NCBI GenBank assembly: GCA_003345545.1
Contig: PRDH01000041.1
Location: 1-27,679, forward strand
DNA length: 27,679 bases
From: Candidatus Thorarchaeota archaeon
GTDB taxonomy: Archaea > Asgardarchaeota > Thorarchaeia > Thorarchaeales > Thorarchaeaceae
Direction of reading: 5' to 3'
Both the position numbers and the translations under genes were made by a program. The notes beneath the pieces were generated by a model. It saw nothing but the letters and a program-made list of their open reading frames with translations, was not told the DNA's origin and made no database searches. This document shows positions 17,263 through 25,728 of this stretch, piece after piece (the stretch's first letter is position 1; each line of letters opens with the position of its first letter).

Positions 17263-18425
17263 TTCCTGTGACGGACGATTTGCCAACACGACTTCAGGCT
17301 ATGTTCCACAGTGGAGAGATTACTGAATTCATCTCTGCACAGATGCCAATAGAGAAGCTCAGCACGGGATGGATGGAACAAGGTCTTCTCCTCAAGGGCT
17401 TCACTGGAAAGCTGGAGGACAGAAAGAACCAAGAACAACTCATCATTCCTGCTGACAGATTTGCACGTTTGACAAGAGACCTCGAAGGCGTAGCACGACC
17501 ATTTGTCGGTATGTTGATCCTAGGCAGTCAAGGTTTAGTCACCCCCAAGTTATGCATCGTAGTATACGATACACTCGAGGAGAACAGCAAGCCAATGATG
17601 ACTGTGGCCTTCTGGACCAAGAACTTGGACTTCGCTGAAATCACTCGTATCATAGCACGGCATGTGCTTGGACATGGCTATTCTACTGGCGAGTCTGAGC
17701 CAGACTTGGATTATTTAGAACAACTTAGAGCAGATGTTTCCTCTGGTGAAGTTCGACGTCTTCTCTCTCTCAAGATTCCCGCAGAGAAGCAGAACGCCGC
17801 AGAATGGATCCGTGATTCCATAAGACAAGTGAATGAATCTGAGAGAGTAGTTGCGGCTGCAGGAGACGTGAACGGTCTATCGAGAATCACACTTCTTCTC
17901 ACTCGCTGGTTGACAAGCCTCGACGTCTTCAAGAGAGCCAAGAACAATATCGCTGCTATCCTCTTCAAATTCAGTGACAGAACAGAACTCTGCTTGTGGG
18001 ATAACCCTCATGGCATAGCTTCGTTTGCTACATTGAACGGAACCGACATTGACAGCATGATCGATAGATATGTGACGCCGCTGTGGTCCGGTTCACAGGA
18101 TCTTGCCGTTTCTAATGTACGTGCTCCAGAGGTTGTGGTCGGAAAGAGAGCAAAACCGCAAGAAGTAGACCGCAAGTCGAAAGCCATGGTTTCCCATCAG
18201 ATAGATTATAGTGTCCTGAGTCAGATTAGAACAAGACTGGAAGTGCTAGAAACTCGGCTTCAGGCCCTAGAAAACGCACCACGAGATAAGACAGTCACTA
18301 CTGACCAGTCAATAGCAATAGTACAAACCAAGCTTGCAGAAACGATTGACCGTCTTGAGTCTGCTGTGGTCAGATTGAGCGACCTCGAAGCGCGCATAAA
18401 GCGTGTGAGCAAGTCTGGGGGGTGA
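17259..18425 (+). CDS. Hypothetical protein: globular N-terminal region + C-terminal coiled coil
   Basis: Overlaps the previous stop (start possibly GTG 17268 after AGGAG). C-terminal heptads IRTRLEVLETRLQALE and LAETIDRLESAVVRLSDLEARI. Confidence 0.8.
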   Translation: MIPVTDDLPTRLQAMFHSGEITEFISAQMPIEKLSTGWMEQGLLLKGFTGKLEDRKNQEQLIIPADRFARLTRDLEGVARPFVGMLILGSQGLVTPKLCIVVYDTLEENSKPMMTVAFWTKNLDFAEITRIIARHVLGHGYSTGESEPDLDYLEQLRADVSSGEVRRLLSLKIPAEKQNAAEWIRDSIRQVNESERVVAAAGDVNGLSRITLLLTRWLTSLDVFKRAKNNIAAILFKFSDRTELCLWDNPHGIASFATLNGTDIDSMIDRYVTPLWSGSQDLAVSNVRAPEVVVGKRAKPQEVDRKSKAMVSHQIDYSVLSQIRTRLEVLETRLQALENAPRDKTVTTDQSIAIVQTKLAETIDRLESAVVRLSDLEARIKRVSKSGG

Positions 18426-18432
18426 TTAATGG

Positions 18433-18723
18433 GTGAAGAGTCATTCAGATGAAGCAATCAAAGAGCTAGGTCGAATCGAAGATGAAACACGCATTCTCGA
18501 GGAGCTATCTGAGCGTCTGAAAAAGATGGAACGGCAGATGGAAGACATCTCTTCAAAGCACTCGAGCACATCATCAATCGATGCTGAATACATCCAAGTA
18601 ATAGTCACGAAGATATCCGCACTGCGCGACCTAATTGATAAGGTGGAAGTGGAGATGGACCAGCTGGATTCCAGAATCGGTGATATCGAGTCACTTCGCT
18701 TCAAGCGTCGAACTCAGGAGTAG
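18433..18723 (+). CDS. Small two-segment coiled-coil protein
   Basis: Two heptad runs separated by an S/T-rich linker (SSKHSSTSS). GGGGGTG SD. Last gene of the 14939-18723 operon. Confidence 0.7.
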   Translation: MKSHSDEAIKELGRIEDETRILEELSERLKKMERQMEDISSKHSSTSSIDAEYIQVIVTKISALRDLIDKVEVEMDQLDSRIGDIESLRFKRRTQE

Positions 18724-21364
18724 AACTAGCTGGTACAAGTTCTTCAATGACATCGAGAATGCGCCCGATGAAGGTCTGTGAAGAAAATGAGTCCAACGGT
18801 GTGACTCCTGCATTTACTTCCTTCAAGAATCTCAAGGTGTCCGTAGGGGGTCCATCTTTCTCCAAGGTCACGAACTCGATTTGATATCTCTCACGTTCTT
18901 TAATAGCTTTGATGAATGGGATATGTTCCTCGTCTTCTCTTCCCACGCCCCCTGAGAAAACGAGTACCAACGTTGGCCGTGAGGCCCCGAAATCGTCAAG
19001 ATATTCCGCAATGGTTCTATAGGCCCCGGTCATGTCTTCTCGACCTGCACTATCTTTCACAGAATCGAGAATCGAGTAAATCAAAGACACAAGAACTTCC
19101 TCTGATTGAACGTCTCTGAGAAACTCCACATATGACTTGATCTCGCTACCGTGTTGGACGGAGAACTTTGCAGGTCCCTCTGCGAACGTGGCAAAGCCCA
19201 ACCTGCCCTCAGTCTGATTGTGTCTGAAGAGATTGATGACCAGCAATGCCCCCAGTGCCGCAATCTCTGATCTTGACGCATTCTCAGTGAGGTTATCAAG
19301 GAACACCCTCAACTCCCCTATTCGCCTTGCGAGAGGCTCAAGTTCTCTTGTTGCCGCGCGAATAGTTTTCAGTTTCATGTCACGTTTGCTCATGTCCTTG
19401 CACGTGGAGATACAGAGTACAACATTCAGTTCGCGAAAAGCCTGATTTGGTCTTAAGAACACCTCATCTTCTGGAATGACGCCAATCTGATCTGAAACGA
19501 GCTCTGGTTCTGTCTGTGTTATATTGAGAGTTACCGGAAGCTTCTCTGAACCCACGAAAAGTCTGGAACTGGAACCAACCAGTCTTCCTCTTATCCGGTC
19601 AAGAACCTCGCTTTCATTCAGATGGATCCAGGAAAACAATTCTTGATTGGATGTTTGTTTGTCTGAGGAGTACGCCATCACCATCCTTCGGATATCCGAG
19701 ATTTCCCCTTGGAACTTGACAATGTTAACAACTGAAGACGTACTGAACCCATAGATCTCTGCGTCAGTTTCTGAGATGACAATCAGTCTTTCGGCGCGCA
19801 TATCATGTTCTCTCACTCGGCCGGCGCACCATCTCCCAGTTCTTGTGCCAAGTGCTAAGACATAATCATCATTCGATACATTTAGCGATTCCATATCGGA
19901 AGAGGCCATAAGGAATACCCCGGGTCTCGTCCTCGCAATCTCGACTCCAAAATGAAGAGCAGCCACGAGTTCCTTGCGGTCTTCCACCTGGAGACAGGAG
20001 AGCAATGCATCATCAAATTGAGCTAGGTGTGCTGGCAAGCCAAAGGCGGGGCCGTCAAGTTTTGCACTTGCACGCACAAGGGTCTGCAGTAGAATGCTGT
20101 CCCTCTTTGATATGCTTTCTGTAAATGCCTTCTTCCATCCTGAAACCATCACGGCACCGTTCTTTTCTAGCATGATTGATATGCTTGTCCCTTTCTCGCC
20201 ATTTGGTCCGGTCACTGTTACAACGACGCTATCCAGCTGGACCGTTCCACCCTCGTCATCAACCATGTGGTCAACTGATACTACCCTCAGAATCTTCTTT
20301 GCATCAAGCAGTTGCAGCAGTCGAACAATCTCATTCATGGCGGCTTTTCCAAGACTCTCTTCAGCCATGACCGATGTCTTATTCTCCGTATATACTAGGA
20401 ATGGGGGTCGCGGAGGCAGTAATGATAACATGTTTCCACCAAGAATTCTCTGCACTTCCTCCGGCGAGGCTGCCAGATTTCTGCTCAAGAGGTAACTGAT
20501 TATCTCTGATACGCTATCCCCCAATTGCGTTTCCGGATAGGATGATGCAAATATAAGCCGCCTAGACCAGAGCGGGTCCTTTTGCTCACTCTTCATGTAA
20601 CTGATTGAAGTTGAGAGAGACGATATCGATGCGCCTGCCGTAAGGAGCCTGCTGTCTGGAATGTCAAGAAGGCGAGTGATGGATTTTCCCCACTCCTTCT
20701 GGCTTCTCACTTTCAGCACGAGTTTCGGAGCCGTTAGACCTGCTTCTTTGAGAAGTACCAACCACTCAAGAAGAAGATCCAGACTTTCTGGAGAGGCGAG
20801 TTCCATAAACACAGGTCTCTCAGATTTGATGATGTCAATCAGATCAGTCCGGTTCGGCCCCTTCAGTGCGAGAGGTAAATTGACTGAGCGCAGGATACAA
20901 CCCCATCCTTGTGGTGTTCTCCGGTTCTGCCTCATATCTTGCAGATGATATACTCGAGGGCTTGTGGGGGGAACTGTTGACCATCTGTAGACAGACTCAG
21001 TATTCGCATTCTGTTGGGCGACCGGGAGGGCTGTTTCACCTAAATCGATCAGTGGGTTTGCGACAAGAAGATCAACCAGCCAACTTGACTGAGACAACTC
21101 CGATGCATCGAGAGAGAAGTCGGTAAGAAATCTGGGCTTCTTTAGATAGTCATAAGCCCTTCTTGGAACGTACCTGAAGGCTCCAGAATAACCGGCAGCA
21201 AAGTCGTGAAGCTGATTCTCAACCATATTATAGTATGAGAATGCCCTGTCAGGGTCGAATGTTCGTATATACGTTCCAGCCCGTACGATGCCAAGTTGTA
21301 AGGATGCGTCCACAACAAAGAAGCGACGAATCTCGTTTGCTTCAATGTCCTCCACAACAATCAT
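18701..21364 (-). CDS. Fusion protein: inactive amidohydrolase-like barrel + accessory domain + Cdc48-N-like domain + degenerate vWA
   Basis: The N-half aligns with 21510-23015 (VVDASLQLG, WLVD, WSRRLIFASSY, YLLSR, VQRILGGN). The C-half aligns with 23085-24374 (NVVLCISTCKDM, SRSEIAALGALL, DDFGASRPTLVLVFSGG). ATG 21364 after GGAG; the ORF-track start is TTG 21373. Confidence 0.82.
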   Translation of the reverse strand: MIVVEDIEANEIRRFFVVDASLQLGIVRAGTYIRTFDPDRAFSYYNMVENQLHDFAAGYSGAFRYVPRRAYDYLKKPRFLTDFSLDASELSQSSWLVDLLVANPLIDLGETALPVAQQNANTESVYRWSTVPPTSPRVYHLQDMRQNRRTPQGWGCILRSVNLPLALKGPNRTDLIDIIKSERPVFMELASPESLDLLLEWLVLLKEAGLTAPKLVLKVRSQKEWGKSITRLLDIPDSRLLTAGASISSLSTSISYMKSEQKDPLWSRRLIFASSYPETQLGDSVSEIISYLLSRNLAASPEEVQRILGGNMLSLLPPRPPFLVYTENKTSVMAEESLGKAAMNEIVRLLQLLDAKKILRVVSVDHMVDDEGGTVQLDSVVVTVTGPNGEKGTSISIMLEKNGAVMVSGWKKAFTESISKRDSILLQTLVRASAKLDGPAFGLPAHLAQFDDALLSCLQVEDRKELVAALHFGVEIARTRPGVFLMASSDMESLNVSNDDYVLALGTRTGRWCAGRVREHDMRAERLIVISETDAEIYGFSTSSVVNIVKFQGEISDIRRMVMAYSSDKQTSNQELFSWIHLNESEVLDRIRGRLVGSSSRLFVGSEKLPVTLNITQTEPELVSDQIGVIPEDEVFLRPNQAFRELNVVLCISTCKDMSKRDMKLKTIRAATRELEPLARRIGELRVFLDNLTENASRSEIAALGALLVINLFRHNQTEGRLGFATFAEGPAKFSVQHGSEIKSYVEFLRDVQSEEVLVSLIYSILDSVKDSAGREDMTGAYRTIAEYLDDFGASRPTLVLVFSGGVGREDEEHIPFIKAIKERERYQIEFVTLEKDGPPTDTLRFLKEVNAGVTPLDSFSSQTFIGRILDVIEELVPASSTPEFDA

Positions 21365-21509
21365 CGTGTACAACTCCGAATGTAAAGAGCCAATTTGCAG
21401 AAGATGATATATGCCTAATGCAGACAGTAGTTTCTACTAGCTTGAAGGCTTGTAAAGAAATAGTTTATCACTCAAACAGGCCGAACACAAATGGAGGACT
21501 AATCTGTAC

Positions 21510-23015
21510 ATGCTCATCGTCCGAGCAGTTGAGGACCAGCCATCAAGAGGCATAAGGAAGGGTGATGAATTCAGGCTCTACATCGTAGATGCACATCACC
21601 ACATGGGGAAAGAGAAAAGCCATAGAAACACGCCTTCGGGTGCCTACGCCTTCTACTCCCAGCTATGGTTTGAGATGCAGAAGCTTGCTAAGGCCCTTAG
21701 AGAAGAGGATGCTCTTCTCTTCGAACCGATTGGAATAGCAGCTGGTGATTTTGCCGACCGCTGTTTCAAAAGCCAAAAGAGCTGGGAGCGGCTGAATCAT
21801 GGTTGGCTAGTAGATAGGACAGTTGTATTCCCCTATACTGATGACTATTCCACCCCCGAATCAGCCAATGAGCCTTCGTTCAGAGTATCAAATGATAAAA
21901 TCGCAGGATGGACAACTCGTGCACCACATTCGACGCGGCTAGTCGGATTCGCACGGGTCAATCCCCTAGATGGTGCAGGGAACCGGAATGCTGCTGTGGG
22001 TGAGCTCGAACGTAGTGTTCTGAGCCTCGGACTACGTGGCCTTAAACTGCACCCTCTTGCACAGCTCTTTCTTGATTCCATTGAAGGCGAACTGACAAGG
22101 AAAGTTGTGAAGCGAGCTGGTGAGTTAGGAATCCCTGTTATCTTCGATACAAGGAATATTGGCACAGTCATACGAATCAAGAGTCTTGTGGAATCGATAC
22201 GGAATGATCCCAACTGCGGAACAGCCATCAGGGGGCTCAGGGTGATTCTTGCTCATTGTGGAATGTCCCCTGGTGATCCACATCTCTTCGACGCGCTACG
22301 TGATCCGGCGATTTTTGCGGAAACTTCAACACTCCATGACCTCGATGTCCCTGTCCTGTTCGAATCTGCAATCGAGCGTCTTGGCCGACTTGGTACGCCA
22401 TGGTCGGAGAAAATCCTCTTCGGCACAGACTACAGCTTTCTGTCCATTCAGGCTGCTGATGTCATTCTCTATCTGCTCTCACGAAAATTCTCTGGAACCC
22501 TGACCGATGTTCAACGAATATTGGGTGGAAACGCACTGATGTTGGTCCAAAGACCCTTCGCAACAACCGGCGGAGCTCCAACTCCTCCTGTCGAATACGT
22601 CTGTCTGGACAATGATGGGTCCAGACAGATTCTACTGGAGAATTCGCTGCTGTCGCTCATCACGCAGGATGTCTGGGACCTCAGTTCTCTCGATTTAATG
22701 CTGCCTCCGAATGGAACTTGGCCCGAACTGTCGCCTATCTCAAGAGGAGGCTTCAATGGTGTCTATCTTGACTCCTACGTGTTGAGTCTAAGGGCGCGAA
22801 CGGGGAATAGAGAGATTCACGTCTGGATTCGTAAGGGCCCAAACAGCTCTCTCACTTGTTCACTCTTAAGTACGTCCGGGATGATACGACTTGAAACCAC
22901 TCAGAATGCGTCTCAGAGTATCAATCCCGTGCTAATGCGGTCTCTGAGAGATCATTCTATTGCATTGAAGACAGGTAAGGATTTACAGGATCATGTGTTG
23001 TCATACTTTGACTAG
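21510..23015 (+). CDS. Amidohydrolase-superfamily (amidohydro_2-like) metal-dependent hydrolase with C-terminal accessory domain
   Basis: IVDAHHHMG (HxH), LVGFARVNP, GLRGLKLHP, VILAHCG, KILFGTDY, ILGGNA. GGAGG SD. Confidence 0.9.
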   Translation: MLIVRAVEDQPSRGIRKGDEFRLYIVDAHHHMGKEKSHRNTPSGAYAFYSQLWFEMQKLAKALREEDALLFEPIGIAAGDFADRCFKSQKSWERLNHGWLVDRTVVFPYTDDYSTPESANEPSFRVSNDKIAGWTTRAPHSTRLVGFARVNPLDGAGNRNAAVGELERSVLSLGLRGLKLHPLAQLFLDSIEGELTRKVVKRAGELGIPVIFDTRNIGTVIRIKSLVESIRNDPNCGTAIRGLRVILAHCGMSPGDPHLFDALRDPAIFAETSTLHDLDVPVLFESAIERLGRLGTPWSEKILFGTDYSFLSIQAADVILYLLSRKFSGTLTDVQRILGGNALMLVQRPFATTGGAPTPPVEYVCLDNDGSRQILLENSLLSLITQDVWDLSSLDLMLPPNGTWPELSPISRGGFNGVYLDSYVLSLRARTGNREIHVWIRKGPNSSLTCSLLSTSGMIRLETTQNASQSINPVLMRSLRDHSIALKTGKDLQDHVLSYFD

Positions 23016-23084
23016 CTTGAACCTCATATTCTTTATAACAATACGAACAGATGAATTCACGTTCTACAAGAGGAGGCATTAGCC

Positions 23085-24374
23085 ATCACCAAGAAATTCC
23101 AATTAGAAATCGTGGATGGCGGAGACCTTAGGGGCTTTGCTAATCTCCATCCAAAGACTGCCGATTCACTTGATGCAGACATTGGCTCAATAGTCATTTT
23201 CGAGGATCCCCAAAGTAGTTTCTGGGGAGCAGCAGAGGTTCGAAAGAGCAATGATCCATCAGAAGGCCAGATTGTGGTTGACACACTTGTTCTCGAGGCG
23301 TCACTGCTTATGGAAGGTGATACCGTCGAGGTCACGCTATATGATGAGGACATGGTTGCTCTCGAATATGTTGAGTTTGGATTGAAACCCCTAACCGAGG
23401 ATGCCAATACAGAGGACCTAGTTTCAAGGGCTGCTGAGAAGGTCAGTTCACTGGAGAATATCATAGGCGGGCGCCTTGTTTACCCCGGAATGTCTTTCAA
23501 TTGGCCTGAACTTGATGTCAAGGTCGAGATACTCAATACAAGACCGACTCTCTCAGGAAAGAGCTTTGCAAAGCTTGCCTTTGAAGCTCTTCGGGAACGA
23601 ACTGGGTATGAATTCAAGACAGTAGGGATTGCAACTCCTTTCAATGCAGTGCTATGTATCGATACTAGTGGCTCTATGAAGACGACCGATGTCCCGGTCC
23701 AGGACATCGCTCATGCTCGTGAGGGTTTGAAAGATTTGGCTGGCGATAGTCCCGAAGTGCAAGCATTTCTGGGACGTTTTGAGGAGGGCAAGAATGTCAG
23801 CCGTGCCGAGGCTGCAGCAATGGCAGTGCTTCTCTATCTTGCCGAGAAGGTCGGTCGTGGCTACGGTGAAAAGGTTGGAGTAATAACCTTCGAGAAAGAT
23901 GTCAGTGAAATGACCTTTCTGAACTCCCAGACTGGTGAGGCTCAACCATTCGTAGAATGCACAGGAAGAGAAAAGGCACTGGGCCTACAGATAATCAGCA
24001 CTCATGTCGTGGACAAAGTGGAAGAGGGTGGAACGCTGACTGATATGGGGTCAGCTCTAGCAAAAGCTAGCGACATAATTGATGAATTTGGAGACCCCGA
24101 AAAGCCCACAATGCTCATCATGCTCACTGACGGAATGACGACTTCAGGTCCTCCTCCTTTGAAAGTGCTCAAGGAGAGATTTCCTGATAAGTCAAAACTG
24201 GTGATATATAGCATAGGTCTCGGGGAAAGAAGCGAAATTGATGAGGAATTGATGCTGGCCATTGCTCAGTATGGAAATGGTACCTACCGTCATGTGGACA
24301 ACATGAGAGACCTTCTTGAATGGTATGGCAAACTTGCAGGTGAATTTGCTGTAGTAATACGTGGCGCTGGATAG
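23085..24374 (+). CDS. Cdc48/p97/NSF-N-like domain + vWA protein with intact MIDAS
   Basis: RGFANLHPKTADSLDADIGSIVIF...EGQIVVDTLVLEASLLMEGDTVEV (double-psi barrel) and GRLVYPG...VEILNTRP (Nc subdomain). vWA: DTSGSM, T of GTLTDMG, LTDG, YSIGLG, IAQYGNGTY. Start extended to ATC 23085 after AGGAGG; the ORF-track start is GTG 23112. Confidence 0.85.
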   Translation: MTKKFQLEIVDGGDLRGFANLHPKTADSLDADIGSIVIFEDPQSSFWGAAEVRKSNDPSEGQIVVDTLVLEASLLMEGDTVEVTLYDEDMVALEYVEFGLKPLTEDANTEDLVSRAAEKVSSLENIIGGRLVYPGMSFNWPELDVKVEILNTRPTLSGKSFAKLAFEALRERTGYEFKTVGIATPFNAVLCIDTSGSMKTTDVPVQDIAHAREGLKDLAGDSPEVQAFLGRFEEGKNVSRAEAAAMAVLLYLAEKVGRGYGEKVGVITFEKDVSEMTFLNSQTGEAQPFVECTGREKALGLQIISTHVVDKVEEGGTLTDMGSALAKASDIIDEFGDPEKPTMLIMLTDGMTTSGPPPLKVLKERFPDKSKLVIYSIGLGERSEIDEELMLAIAQYGNGTYRHVDNMRDLLEWYGKLAGEFAVVIRGAG

Positions 24375-24381
24375 GATCAGA

Positions 24382-25530
24382 TTAGCGGGGCTCCAAGGCT
24401 TGAGCAAGCCCTTCGAGGGTCTCCAAATCCATTTCCTTGATCTGTTCCTCAGGTATTCCCTCCAACATCACCTCAGGAATAGAAACTAGAATCGCAGCTT
24501 TTTCCTTCCCGAATTTCCTCGTGAATTCAGCCATTCTGGGGTCTTCGGCTTCCGCTTCTGCTATCGGTTCTTTAGTGGGTTCTTCAACTGCCTTGCTGCC
24601 GCTTGTCGAAGCAAGTAGTGCCTCCAACTCCTCAATGCTGAGGGTCTTCAGTGTTTCATCTGATACTGACTCTCGAACTTCCTTCGGCAGTTTCTTGATG
24701 AGATCGTCGCGAGTTGGTCCTGGAGTCCTCTTCTTGACTGTTGTTACTTTGCGGACTTTGACAGTTTTCTTCTTCTTTGCTGGAGGTGGCATTGGAGCCT
24801 TGAGCTTGGAAACCAACTCTCTAGCAGATTTTGGGGTCAATCGTTTCAGGTCTTCAGGTGGCAGAGTAGCGATTACTTCTTCCGGCAGTTCAGCTAGGAT
24901 CGATTCCACATCTTTGGAGAGCCCAGGAACTTCAGGCTTTGCCTCCGAGATCCTTCTCTCTTCAGTCAAAAGAATGGGCGTGGCTTCTAGCTCCTCGACC
25001 AATGCGCTTCTATCAATCTCAACATCGAAGCTGCTGGATCGCCATCTAAGGAACCTATCGATGGCATCTGGCCTCATCTTGATGGAAACGAGCAGCCTGT
25101 TGATGCCTTCATCGGGCATGTCTGGGAAGTTATTCAGTATTGTATCGATATTGTCTTTGGATACCCGTGCCCATATTGGCCCATTCAACAGTCTTGAAAG
25201 TCCGGAAGCACAATGCGATCTTACCCACGTGTTCGGGTCCTTCAGTCCTTTCATAAGAACCGGAATTGTGCGTGGCTGATGATAGAATGCCAATGCTTGA
25301 GCTGCTGCGATTCTGACATCGGCAACATCGTCCTCCATGACCTTGGCGATTTCATTCACAAGTGCAGGATCTGCTGCCTCAATCGCGGCAATCAAAGCCC
25401 GTTCCCGAACAACATCCGATGTGTCTGCGAAAGCACGAATGAGAGCTTTCATCTCCTTCGGATCTGTTCTGGCGAGAAGCCCAATCTCGTCTGTATTGAA
25501 TTCCAATAACAGTCTTCTGGTTTCGGGCAA
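24382..25530 (-). CDS. HEAT-repeat protein with Pro/Lys-rich linker and three C-terminal helical repeats
   Basis: HEAT/PBS-type units DTSDVVRERA, DDVADVRIAAAQAL and DPNTWVRSHCASGL. TTG 25530 follows GGAGGA; the ORF-track start is 25548. Confidence 0.82.
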   Translation of the reverse strand: MPETRRLLLEFNTDEIGLLARTDPKEMKALIRAFADTSDVVRERALIAAIEAADPALVNEIAKVMEDDVADVRIAAAQALAFYHQPRTIPVLMKGLKDPNTWVRSHCASGLSRLLNGPIWARVSKDNIDTILNNFPDMPDEGINRLLVSIKMRPDAIDRFLRWRSSSFDVEIDRSALVEELEATPILLTEERRISEAKPEVPGLSKDVESILAELPEEVIATLPPEDLKRLTPKSARELVSKLKAPMPPPAKKKKTVKVRKVTTVKKRTPGPTRDDLIKKLPKEVRESVSDETLKTLSIEELEALLASTSGSKAVEEPTKEPIAEAEAEDPRMAEFTRKFGKEKAAILVSIPEVMLEGIPEEQIKEMDLETLEGLAQALEPR

Positions 25531-25728
25531 TGATTCTCCTCCATGCACTACGAATCTAATTCGTATAGGGATATAATTATCATGCCAGCTACCTAGCCAA
25601 CCCTTGTTCGCTCCGATATAGCTGCTTGCTTATATCAGTTCTCACTGTATATTTACTCTTCTCTGATGTCCCAATCCCTTTCCTTCAACCACATCAGTTT
25701 TAGGCATGTATGAGCGCCAAAAGAATGA

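Noticed and set aside
18433-18723. SNARE protein call
   Set aside because: The heptad segments are short and there is no TM anchor or convincing zero layer. Kept only as a generic coiled coil.
18701-21364. Pseudogene interpretation of the degenerate fusion
   Set aside because: An uninterrupted ~890-codon frame with an SD and deep divergence from its paralogs points to long-term selection, not decay.
23052-23084. Stop-codon readthrough or selenocysteine fusion of the amidohydrolase and N-vWA genes
   Set aside because: The hydrolase ends in TAG and a further in-frame TGA precedes the second gene. The spacer has its own TATA-like TTTATAA and a strong SD.
24437-25279. 280-aa plus-strand ORF
   Set aside because: Ser-rich antisense shadow of the HEAT-repeat gene, with no motifs.
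14939-25530. MoxR-vWA, Mg/Co-chelatase or Sec23/24 assignment; also anti-phage island
   Set aside because: No Walker A/B AAA+ gene in the cluster and no Sec23/24 zinc finger or gelsolin domain. No nuclease or mobility genes and no obvious compositional shift by eye.
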